Below, piece by piece: positions 15,785 to 27,029 of a stretch of 64,000 nt of DNA. Every line of letters starts with the position of its first letter. The stretch's first letter is position 1. This DNA comes from Callorhinchus milii (taxonomy: Eukaryota), in contig NW_024704743.1 of assembly GCF_018977255.1 (NCBI RefSeq), forward strand, positions 98,706,001 to 98,770,000, read 5' to 3'. The notes beneath the pieces were generated by a model. The model saw nothing but the letters and a program-made list of their open reading frames with translations, made no database searches and was not told where the DNA came from. The position numbers were made by a program, and so were the translations under genes.

Positions 15785-16180
15785 AATAATAAAAATCCTT
15801 GCATCTGATATAACGCCTTATCACGTAGTTGAGTAATCTCAAAGTGCTTTACAGAATATACTGTAAAGTGAATTGACTGAATATTTTGTGGGCGAATTGC
15901 AGCAGCCAATTGCACCCAGCTGTGTCCCACAAACAGTCATGGATTGAGTGACCAAATAATTTTTTNATATATATTATTATTATTTATTTATTTATGAAGG
16001 GATTATTACCTCCAGAAAGCTACCCGCCAATCGACTAACAACCAAGTTTCTACCTACTGCTAGGTAAACAGAGGTGTGTGGAGTAAGGAAACTTGCTCAA
16101 CATTTTGCCCTGCCCGGGAATCAAACCCAGGTCCTCTCTCTTGTGAGGCGATTGCTCTTAACCACTAAGCTATAGGACTC
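15785..16180 (-). mobile_element. tRNA-derived SINE, long form
   Basis: Full copy; part of the head is duplicated at ~16186-16211. Confidence 0.9.
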
Positions 16181-17221
16181 CAGAAGTCCTCTCGCTTGCG
16201 AGACAAGTGCTAGATAGATAAATTGATAGATCAGATAAATTAAGAAATTGATAGTGGAGTGACTGTGTGATTTGTTGATCTACTGTAAAGTAGAGTGACT
16301 ATGTAGTTAGCTTGCCTGGTGAAAATCAGAAGCTAAAATGTATATTTATGCAGATAAATAGTTTGAAGCAGATAGTTATCACATAATAATATTTTTCCCC
16401 CACTGTAAGAAACCAATTTTCAGAACTCTTCATGACCATCTAAAATAGCCCTGAAGTAAATAGTAATTTACTTTTTAAATACTGATGTTTTTAAAAATCT
16501 GAAAACATCTTTCATTATCGCTACAGTATAAAAGTCTCTAATTCGACCCTCTTAAAACCTGGGCACCCAATGTATCATCCTGTGCACATTATGTTGATGT
16601 TGCAACATTTGGATTAAATTTACAAGGCAAGCTAATAAAACTAATTAAACTAATCATGTGCTTCTCGTACAAAACAATTTTGACAAGAAAGTAAAGATGA
16701 GGGAAAATATACCAATCTGTGTGCTAAAGATAATAAAAGGGAGCACAACTTGTCATCAACTAATTTTACCATGCATTCAAAACTAAAAACAATTTAACAC
16801 AAATCCATACCACACAGCATTTAATTGGAACTCAATTATTAATATGCAGATACAATTTCTGCTCCAGTTTAGAAAGCTCCCTTTTACTCCCCCTCCCATT
16901 GATTTTGAATATTGCTGCCTGCACATAATAACCATTTTGTCTTTGACATTTAGCACCTGTGATCCACATATTGTCTGAATACGCTGTATAGGTTACCTCC
17001 AGAAAATAAATGAATCTTCTACATTAAAATACAGTCAAATATCACTAATAGGTTTATTGTAGGCCTCATCGTTTAATGTTGCCATATTTGATTGAACAGT
17101 AATTTGATTAAATTAATTGAACAGATTCAATTATTAGCACGTTAAATAAACTTACAAAAATTTATATGTAAAATAAATGTCACAGATATTCCATACTTTA
17201 AAATATCATTTCAGTTCTTAC

Positions 17222-17343
17222 CTTCCCATAATAGGAGATGGCTTCCTTGTATCTTTCAATTATATCCTCAGGACTCAAACAGTTCTTTGCTCTTCCGATT
17301 TCAGTACTTGTGTCTGCACTGATGCCATTTGTTGTTAATGCAC
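17222..17343 (-). CDS. TRAPPC9: TRAPPC9 exon 6, 122 nt
   Basis: ttctag|GT GCA TTA... = (G)[40 protein letters not shown]; donor AAG|GTAAG. Confidence 0.97.
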
Positions 17344-18202
17344 CTAGAAGGTAATCGGAAAAAGTGACAAATTGGCAATATTATGTAAGGAATATATTAA
17401 TCTAGCTTTCAGAAATGGTTTTGAATTATTTTTACTAAGTCTGTAGCAACAGTGAGATTTGCTTACATATAGATTTAATTTTTAAAAAATGAAAATTTAA
17501 AGAAAATGCACTTTGCAGATAGAAATCCTGCTCCACTGTACAGAAAGCTCCCCCGCCCAGCACACCCCCCCCCCCCCCCCACACACTTATTTTCCCCACA
17601 CACACACACACTTATTTTGAATGTGATGCAATGCTGACTGCATGTATTTTCAAGAGTCCCCCTTCTCCCCGCCAATACAGATAGCTTACAATCTTTCCTT
17701 TTTAAAAAAAGCTTGGTTTCAAGGTTGGGTGAACCCAACTTACCATTAACAACCTCTTCTCTTCTAATTTGTTTTTGATGAGATATTAAGACCAATCAAA
17801 AAAGGTCTCTCTAACATTTGAAAGCATATGCAGATTACAAGGTATTTTTAATAATATTTAAAAAGTTATCTATTCCAATCAACATATAAAAATCAGAGTT
17901 ATGTGAAAATTAGGTAAATATTTGCAAAGAAAGTTGAGATTTGCAAGATAAAAAGTAGACATGACTTATTTTTCTTTGGGATCAACCAGATGGATGTTTT
18001 TTTTGGTCCTCCATATTCCTATATTCTGGATGCAACGCACCTGTGTAGTGATACTATCTTCAATTCACAAAAATGAATCAACAGGTTACCCTGCCCCTGA
18101 ATTTATTTTAATATCTTTTTTTATTATGTAAACATTTGAATCTCTGAGTCAATAACACCCACACAGATATTGGACAAGATTTTTTTTTGGGGGAGGGGGG
18201 GG

Positions 18203-18510
18203 GTCAGCCGAGTGTCTGATATATGCAGAAACCATGGTCATGCTTAAGAGTATCTGAACCAAACTGAGAATTCTGTGCATCCCACCTACACATGGAAATT
18301 CCAGAGATAACTTGTTGGAATGGAATGCACACTGTCTTCCTGGAGGGACACATCCTGCTTCCTAATTCCAGAAAATATTAGGCACAGGTTGGCAAGAACC
18401 AAGGCCTGGGACACCAGAGTGTGCATTGGGATAATGCTGGAGTCTAACCAGCTAAAAATGCATAGCTTGCCATTGATAGGATGGCAATGGCAAGCTATGT
18501 CCAGCAAGGA
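18203..18510 (-). repeat. Unclassified dispersed repeat, copy 1 (other copies 63421-63630 minus, 32118-32199 plus)
   Basis: ggtcagccg.gtgtctga...ttaagagtatc..aaccaaa.tgagaat..catcccacc.acaca.gaaattcc is shared between copies; all end GGCTGACC followed by an A-rich run. Confidence 0.8.
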
Positions 18511-18937
18511 CATCAACAACCTCAACAACATGCAATATAGCGCCCTTCACGCCGGAGGTTGTCTCGGAGAGCTTGACCACCCTATCCGCTAGGGTTTGGG
18601 CAGTGTCCTGGAATACTGCGGATCTGCCTATCTCAGGAATCGGATCACCAAGACTCAAACACAACTTCCTGAGCATTGTACAGGAAGTGACATTACTGAT
18701 GCTGCTTGCGTACAGCGTACAAGTGCAGCACCACAGGAAGTACCTTCAATAAAAACTCACAACCCAGAGGTTGACCATCTTGTAGTTCAAACTATGATTT
18801 AAAAAATATTAAAGCTACTCCAAAGTTTAATGATGGGAATTTGTTTCCTTATTCAATTCTCCTGGAGAAAATTAAAATAAAACAACTACCAACTTTTGTA
18901 ATCAGAAACTGCTATGCCTATATATATTCTAAACTAT

Positions 18938-19241
18938 AATAATAATCCTTGCATTTGATATAGCGCTTTTTCACGTCTTCGACATCTCAAAGCGCTTCAC
19001 AGAATAGACTGTAAAGTGAATTGACTGTATATTTGTGGGCGAAACGCGGCAGTCAATTGCGCACTGCAGTGTCCCACAAACAGTCGCGGATTGAAAATGA
19101 CCAATTTATTATTGTTTCAGCTTTTGGAGGGATTATTATTAGGCGTGTGGAGTAAGGAAACAAGGTTTCGCGCTGCCTGGAATTGAACCCAGGTGTCTCG
19201 CTTGCAAGGCAAGTGCTCTAACAACTGAGCTACAGGACTCC
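18938..19241 (-). mobile_element. tRNA-derived SINE, short form
   Basis: Full copy lacking the ~60-bp central module; (TTA)n tail. Confidence 0.92.
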
Positions 19242-21199
19242 ACAAACTAGATTTTGATGTTTAAGCAGATATCGGAATATCTTGGACAATGGTATCCTCT
19301 GCCCAATATAGTGATGAGTAAAATCATCTTCTGAGACACAAGTTTCTTCCAATGTACAATGGTATTAGTAACTCGCACTAATAGATTGTTTCACAATAAA
19401 TGATGCGTTAACTTCATTTCTTGGTCAATCAGATAAGTGTAAAAACCTATCACTTAAAGATTTTCCAAACCAAGCAACTGAGTTTCACATATGTATGTTT
19501 TCCATTTGGTGGTATGAAATGTAAACTCTCACCCCAAAGGGACACACTCTGCTTATCTAATCCCGGAGAATTTAGGTGCAGATTTGCAAGAGCCAAGGTA
19601 TCTGAAGCAATGTAGGAGAGAAAAAAGGTAGGCATAAAGCAATGTCTCATATTATGTAATGTAGGACACTTTACATAGATTTTGACCATTATGAAAATTC
19701 CCCTTTGCTAAATAGCTAAAATACCCTCAGAATGATGCAAGACCATTCAATGGTCCAACAATGTCAAACCTGGTGGTAAACAAAACCAGTCAAACCAACT
19801 TTGCAGATTCCTGCTATATTTGTTCTATACTTTCGATGTACATAGCCAGATATAATTCAAAATTTCTAGACAGCCCTTGAGGCAGAACTGTATCTGGATA
19901 TTTCACCTCAGCAAATTGCAATGGATATTATAGGAGACTGGACTTCTGAAGAGATTCCTTGTCATTCTTGGAATATAAGGTTTGTCCAACCTTAAAACAC
20001 ATATTACTATGCCTGAATTCAGTATGAAGATACCTAGATTTCATCAAGTAGGTACGTTTCTTCTTTTTCCTCCTTCAGTCACCAATATTTTCATTACCCG
20101 TTAATCATTTTTCTCCCACCCCATTTCATAATCAATACGGTTACTTGTAAAACACAGGGCTTCCGGACAAATCAAAAAAACTTATCTTACTTTATTACTA
20201 GCACTATGTGAGGTACAGACAACTAACAATCGTACTCAAGATAGAAAGAACTCACATAAACAGTCCTCACTCAGCAAAAAAGTCAGTATTAACGAACAAA
20301 CATTCCTCACTGGTATTTGTCATGACCTCAAACTTCAAAACAGTGTCTTCTTGTCTTTAAGCTGAAGGTACCTTGCAAGTTCAGAGGGACAATAGTCTAA
20401 CGACTTTGTGCTTACTCAGAGTAAACTTAACACAACTTATTGAATCAGTGGATTCCTCCTCCCAATTTTTTTGTGTGTGTAATTCAAGTAGGTACGAAGG
20501 TAGCTTTGTGGGAGTGGGGGAGTAGTTGGAACATGTACGAGGTGCGGGAATGAAAGGACAGTCTCCAGCTACAAAGACTCAAACAAATATTTCCAACTCA
20601 TCTATGTATGCCACCAAAATTCCTCACATTATTCAAATCTTTAGGAAGCATTGAAACGTTTAAAAAAATATATTAATCTTACTCTCTGCAACTTCTATTC
20701 ATAGTGGAACATGAGAGTGGTTCTGAAATGGGACCAAAAATTTCCAATAACATAAACACTACAGGAATATTCAAGTTACATTCTGCATTTGCAGCAACAT
20801 TTTTTTTGTATGAATTTTAAAAAAATGCAGTGCCTTGTTGAGAAATATTGTTAACGTTTACACATTGAAGTAAAAGAGAGAACACTTGAACATGCTAATC
20901 ACACAATTTCTAAATTATCCAATTGTTATGTAGTAGGGTTCATTTACATCTCAAACATCAAGTAAACCACAATTAATCTTAATTAAATCTATGAACATGA
21001 CTTTCTCAAAACTAACAATTGTAAATTCACTAATTATTTCCAGATTAGCATAATCGCATAATTATTGAAAGATATCCAAATCTGTTCTGCAACATACAGT
21101 GGAATCCCCTTAGGATACACTGCAATATAACCACTTATATTTTGGGCCCAGATATTTTTTTAATCAAAAAATTCAGAATGAGCATGTTGAGGGTCCAGA

Positions 21200-22800
21200 A
21201 TCATAGAAATTTACGGCATAGATATAGGTCATCTGTCCCAACAAGTCTGCACTGCCTCTCAAAGCAAACTGTTTGTTTAATCCCACTGCCCTGCTTTATT
21301 CCCATCTCCCTTCACGCCTTTCTTGTATAACTGTCTACTTCACTCTTAAAACGGACTCTACTAGCTTACTTTGGCAGGGCATTCCACATCTCAGCAATAC
21401 TCTTAAGTGGAAAAAAATGCCTCAGCTCTCCTTTTGCTCTTGTGACTACCTTAGCAGTTAGTCACCAACTCCCCTACTAGTGGAAAGTAAGCTAGTAGCT
21501 TCTCCCCATTTACCCAGTCAACTCTCTCATAATTTTGTACACCTCCATCAGGTCCTCTCTCATCCTTTTCTGCTCAATGAAAATATGCCCAACCTCTTCA
21601 ATCCACATAAATCAGAAATGCTAGATGAAAAANGACCAAGGTCCATCTAGATCGCCTTCCACCTGCCTGGTGGTCGCATGCACATATGTCCCAAACTACC
21701 TATGTACAATATCCCACAATGTTATTTTCTAAAAGAAAACTATCTAATCTGTGAAAGTATAGTCTCACCAATGATTTATACAGTGGCAGGATTAACCTAC
21801 TATTTCGTTCTTGCTATTGATCTTTCGATACGTCCCAACATCTGGTTCGTTTTACTCACTGACACAGAGTATTGTTGGGAGAGCTTCAATTTATTGTCAA
21901 TCAGGACCGCCAGGTCATTTTCAGTTTCCATGCATATTATTTTCCTTCCATTCAAATAATAGTCTCTTCCAGGATTTTTTGTCCCCTTGTGAAGTACTTT
22001 ACATTTCTCCACATTGAACTTCATCTGCCACCGATCTGCCCAATTCCCAAGTATGTGCAAATCCTCCTGTAACCTATCTTGTTCAGCTTTGCAATCTACC
22101 ACCTTCATCAGTTTGGTGTCATCCTCAAACTTAGCCACTTTGCTTGCAACTTCTAGTTGCCGATCATTTATAAAAATATTAAACAAAAGAGGAAACAAAA
22201 CAGACCCTTGTGAAACTCCACTGGTAACATTCTCCCGGTCCGATGACATTCCCTGTACCACCACCGTCTGGGTTCTTCCAGTCAACCAATTGTATATCCA
22301 ATGTAATATACCTCCACTGATTCAAGCGCTTTTTTTTTTTTACTTTCAGTTCCAGCCTCTCAAGAGGAACTGTACCAAAGGCCTTACTGAAATCCAGATG
22401 TACAACATCCCCAGCCTTGCCCTTATCAAGTTCCCTTGTCACACTGTCAAAGAAAACCAGTAAATTAGATTGGCAAGACCTTCCCTTCATGAACCCATAT
22501 TGGCTATCATTTAAGATTTTATTTCCGTCCAGATGCTCCATGATTTTATCCTTAATAAGAATCTCCATAATTTTATCCACAATGGACATGTAACACCTGC
22601 CTTTCTCCAATCCCCCAGTCTCTAGTGATTTTGAAAGATTTGTGCCATCGTTTCTGCGACTTCCTCCCTTAGTTCCTTAAGGATCCTCGGATGCAATTTA
22701 CCCGGCCCCTGAGATTTATTTACCTTAAGTTTACACAGCTGTTTGGCAACCATACTGGTAGTGATATGAATAGGGGCGCAACTTTTCTCTGCGACACTAT
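21200..22800 (-). mobile_element. CR1-clade LINE fragments (3' end plus RT region)
   Basis: GPGKLHPRILKEL, QYGFMKGRSCQSNLLVFFD, LDFSKAF, SGVSQGSVL.PLLFNIFIND, KFEDDTKL, WQMKFNVEKCKV. Confidence 0.92.
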
Positions 22801-22987
22801 TCAAAATCTGTCCTCATAACTAAAGCCATTCATCCTTGTATCATACTCGTAAATCTCCTCCAGAGCATCCACAGCCTTTTGGGGGAGAGAGTTCCAGATT
22901 TCCACTCCCCTTTGGGTGCAAAATCCTGATTTCACTCTTGAATGGCTTAGCTCTAATTTCGAGGTTATGCCCCTTGGAATCCCCCAC

Positions 22988-23360
22988 CAGAGGAGATTTA
23001 CCAGAATGGTACTAGGGATGAGGGACCTTCAGTTATGTGGACAGACTAGAGAAACTGGGATTGTTCTTCTCAGATCAGAGAATGCCAAGGGTAGATTTAA
23101 TAGAGGTGTTCAAAATTATGAGAGGTTTTGATACAATAGATAGGAAGAAAGTGTCTCCACTGGCAAGTGGGACAGTAACCAGGGCATACAGTTTTAACAT
23201 AATTGGCAAAAGAACCAGAGGGGAGAAGAGGAGACTTTTTTTGGTTACACAGAGAGTTTATTATGGTTTGGAATGCACTGCCTGAAAGGGTAGTGGAAAC
23301 AGATTCAATAGCAACTTTCATAAGGTAATTGGATAGGTAGTTGAAAATGAAAAATTTGCA
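22988..23360 (+). mobile_element. CR1 3' fragment
   Basis: QRRFTRMVLGM, DRLEKLGLF, DLIEVFKIMRGFD. Confidence 0.88.
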
Positions 23361-23361
23361 A

Positions 23362-24405
23362 GCATATTCCAGCCCTCTTGAAATAAAGGCCAACATCCCA
23401 TTCTCCTTTTTGATAACATTTTGTACCAGTGAGCTTGGTTTTAGTGATTAGTGTACATGGATACCCAACATTTAGAAAGTATTTTGTTTTGGTATTTTTG
23501 TTATGGACGACGTCACACTTCCCCACATTGAATTCCATCTGCTAGTTTTTCCCACTCTGTTAATCTTTCTAAGTCCCTTCGTAACTTTCTGCTCCCATCT
23601 ACGCAATTTACTGTGCTTTGTGTCATCTGCATATTTGGATATAAAATTCTATTTTTCATCTGAGTAATTTATATATATATATATATTATATACACACCCT
23701 GTCTCCCAACCAATTACTAAACCACATTACAAGGTTACCTCCGATTCCATGCGCTTTTATTATTCCAAGAATAGCCTCTTGTGCAGAACCTTATCAAATT
23801 CCTTCTAAAAGTCCATATAGACGACATCCAGAAACACTCTCTTATCCACCACTCTGGTGACCTCCTCAAAAACATCAATTAGATTTGGCAGACATGACCT
23901 ACCCTTCACAAATCCATGCTGACTCTCTTACTTAGCTTACTTGATTAGCTCATACTTGTTCAGTGCTCAGTCACTCTGTCCCTGATGAGAGATTCCAGTA
24001 ACTTCCCCACAACTGAAGTTAAGATGACATTCTGTAATTACCTGGTTAGTTCTTAAATAATGGAGTGACATTTGCAATTTTCCAATCCAAGGACACAATT
24101 CCCGAATATAGAAAGCTTAGGAAAATTATGACAAATGTCTCTGCAATTCCCTCCCCTACTTCTATTAATATCCAGGCCCTGGAGATTTGTCTAATTTTAG
24201 TGCCATTATTTTCTCCATTACTTTTTTTTATTTATATTAAATCCATTTAATATTTCTGTTTGGCTTATTTTTAGGTTCTCTTGTACCACTGGTATTATGT
24301 CCTCTACTGTGAAAACGGAAACAAAGTATTCATTCAACAAGTCTGCCATTTCCTTATTGTCCATTATAATCTCACCTACATTTGATGGGCCCACATTCTC
24401 TCTTA
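23362..24405 (-). mobile_element. CR1 RT-region fragment
   Basis: MEFNVGKCDVVH, MLAFISRGLEY; plus-strand catgacctacccttcacaaatccatgctgact encodes QHGFVKGRSC on the minus strand. Confidence 0.85.
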
Positions 24406-24406
24406 A

Positions 24407-24900
24407 TCTATACTAATAAAACGACAATGTCTGTGTGTGTGTATGTATCAGCCAAGATCTCAATAACCGATTGACGTAGTGACATGATTTATACCTCATC
24501 GGAAAGGTCTTGCATGTGCGAGTGCCATGGGCATTTCTTTTTCAGGGATCTCCTATCATTGATGAGCTATATTAAAAAATACTTTAATTAAGCTCTAAAA
24601 TATGAGGTGTGCATGGCAGCGCTTAAAGCATTTTAAAAAAAAAACTTTTTCAGCATTCCCACTCAGCTCAAAACTGGAAGTGATGCAGCAAGGTGCAGTA
24701 AGACAGTGCAAGCAGCCTCTTAGTTGGAGTTAGATTTATATGCTATTGTCTAGCCAGATTTTTTTTATATTAAAATATCTTGTAGTGTTTTATTTCTGTT
24801 TGGCTGTAATCCAGTAAAAATCAATTTAAAAGTCTGAAAATAAAAGCTGCAATGTGTTTCTTAAAGCAATGTGGCTTTAAAAATGGTGGAGTCAATACTG
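24407..24900 (+). mobile_element. Possible non-autonomous Helitron (5' end); 3' end not identified
   Basis: CR1 similarity stops at A|TCTATACTAATAAAA, which is followed by a GT-rich microsatellite; this pattern is typical of animal Helitron 5' termini. Confidence 0.5.
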
Positions 24901-24929
24901 CCGAAATTAATTATAGTACCACTAGAAAA

Positions 24930-25232
24930 CAATAATCCTTGCATTTGATATAGTGCCTTGTCACGACTTCGAGACGTCTCAAAGTGCTTCACAGAATACA
25001 CTGTAAAGTGAATTGACTGTATAATTTGTGGGCGAAACTTGGCAGCCAATTCCACACAGCAGTGTCCCACAAACAGTCGTGGGTTGAGTGGCCAATTTTT
25101 TTAAAATTTAGTTTGAAAGAATTATCACCCCCAGAAAAGTGATCCAGCAATCGACTAAGAACCGGGTTCCTATTTACTGCAAAGTAAACAGAGGTGAGTG
25201 GAGTAAGGAAACTTGTCCAACGTTTCGCACTA
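24930..25232 (-). mobile_element. tRNA-derived SINE, long form, head missing
   Basis: Central module and tail present; joins L2 sequence at ~25233. Confidence 0.88.
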
Positions 25233-26188
25233 CCAAGGGACAAACAGGAGGCCTGAGCCAGCTGAGCGGAGACATCAGGTGGTGGAGTGGGGGGTAAGCA
25301 GATTGGATAGGTAGGGAGATGCCAGGACATGAAGGGATTTAAAAACGAGGGAGAGGATCTTGAAATCGATCCGTTCGGTATTTGGGAACCAGTGGATCCT
25401 GGCAAGGACTGGTTTGTTGGGGGTACGGAGTTTTGCTGAGAGGGAGCATGTAAATAAGGAAAAGAAGGTGGCCAAGGATGTGACCGGGCGAGGGTGTGTG
25501 AAAAAAAACATTTGCCAAGATACATTATTGGCAGTTTGTTAAGTTGCGAGCGCAGTCCCACTAAGGTGGAGGAGAATGGTGTGATCGACTGTATCAAATA
25601 CAGGGAGAGGCAGAGGGAGCCCTGGTCACACAGAGAGAGAGGACATCATTTGTTACTTTGATGAGCTCTGTTTCTATCCTGTGGGAAGGGCGAAAGACGG
25701 AGTGGTTTAAATAGAGAATGGAGGGAGAGGTGTGAGTGAAGTTGATTTGAACGACGTGTCCTAAAACTTTGGCCAGGAAGGGCAGGTTTGAGATGGGTCT
25801 GAAGTTTGCGAGGTTGGAGGGATCTAGGGTAGGTTTTTGTTTTTAAGGAGAGGAGCGATGACAGCAGTTTTGAGGGGAAGTGGAACAGAGCCTGACGAGA
25901 GGGACTGGTTAATTGTGTCAGTCAACAGTGGGCAGAGGAGGATGAGTTGAGTGACCAGAAGGTGGATGTGGAAGGGTCGAGACAGCAGGTGGATGGTTGG
26001 AGAAAAGGGAGGAGCGAGAGATAGGGGCAAAAGAGTGTAGGATAGGGGCCATGATAGGAGGAGAGGGTGGTAGGCGACATGAAGGGGCGGTGGGGAAAGA
26101 GGAGGAGGAGGCAGCCAGGCAGATGTTATCTATCTTAAAGATAAAGAAGTCCAGGACCTCTTCACACTTGGCATCAGAAGTGAGAGAT
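25233..26188 (-). mobile_element. L2 LINE internal fragment (diverged subfamily)
   Basis: IINQSLSSGSVP..LKTAVIAPLLK and LARIHWFP..ERIDFKIL segments. Confidence 0.85.
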
Positions 26189-26276
26189 TAAGAAACATAA
26201 ACTGCAGGTATTGCTTTCAAACAGCTGAAAATCTATTTTACTGGAAATGTACAAAGCAGAAACAAAATTCAATCAA

Positions 26277-26652
26277 AAACAACAAAATTACATTAGCATA
26301 GCGCCTTTCACGTTGGGAGGACATCCCAAGGTGCTGGACAGTCAGGGTTTCAGACCCGAGCTGGGGGTCGGGATTGGGGAGGGTGGATGGCAGTGGGGTG
26401 GGGGAGCAGGGTGGTCGAAAGCAAAGAGGAGGTTGAATAGGAGGGTCTTGAGATGGTCTTGAAGCAGGCAAGGGAGGGGGCGAGGTGGAGAGGCTGCGGG
26501 ATGAAGTTCCAGAGGGTAGGAGCAGAGTGGCAGAGGGCCCGTCCGCCAATGGTGGGGCAGGCGAGGGATGTGAAGCAGGCCGGAGCCCACTGAATGGAGG
26601 GAGCAGGCGGGATGGTAGGAGGTTGCAGAAGTAGGTGAGAGCAAGGCCAAAA
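26277..26652 (-). mobile_element. L2 3' fragment
   Basis: L2 tail plus GGRA..SAPTLWN..P segment. Confidence 0.88.
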
Positions 26653-26659
26653 CATCGCC

Positions 26660-27029
26660 TGGCTCCACCAATGCCTCCCCCTATCAGGCCGAGAACTCTC
26701 ATCCATGCATTCGGTGCATCTAAGCTCAACTAAGTCAACTCCCTGCTTGTCAGCCTTCCCAACTCGTCCCTCCACAAGCTGCAGTTCATTCAGAGCCATG
26801 CAGCTCTGTCCTCTCCCACACCAGGCTCCTTGACCCTATCACGTTTACCCTCACCCAGCTCCACAAGCTCCCCATCCCCCAGAGGATAGAGTTCCAGATC
26901 CTCTTCCTCGGCTTCAAAGCCCTCCACGGTCTTGTTCCTCCCCTCCTGATCCCAACCGTCTGCTCGGGTCTAAATCTCTACCTTTCCTGTCCAGCACCTT
27001 GGCACATCCTCCTAACTTGAAAGGTGCTA
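26660..27029 (+). mobile_element. L2 3' fragment, opposite orientation
   Basis: ctccacaagctgcagttcattcag...ccccagaggatagagttccagatcc...cagcaccttggcacatcctcctaacttgaaaggtgctat is the reverse complement of the neighbouring L2 copies. Confidence 0.85.
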
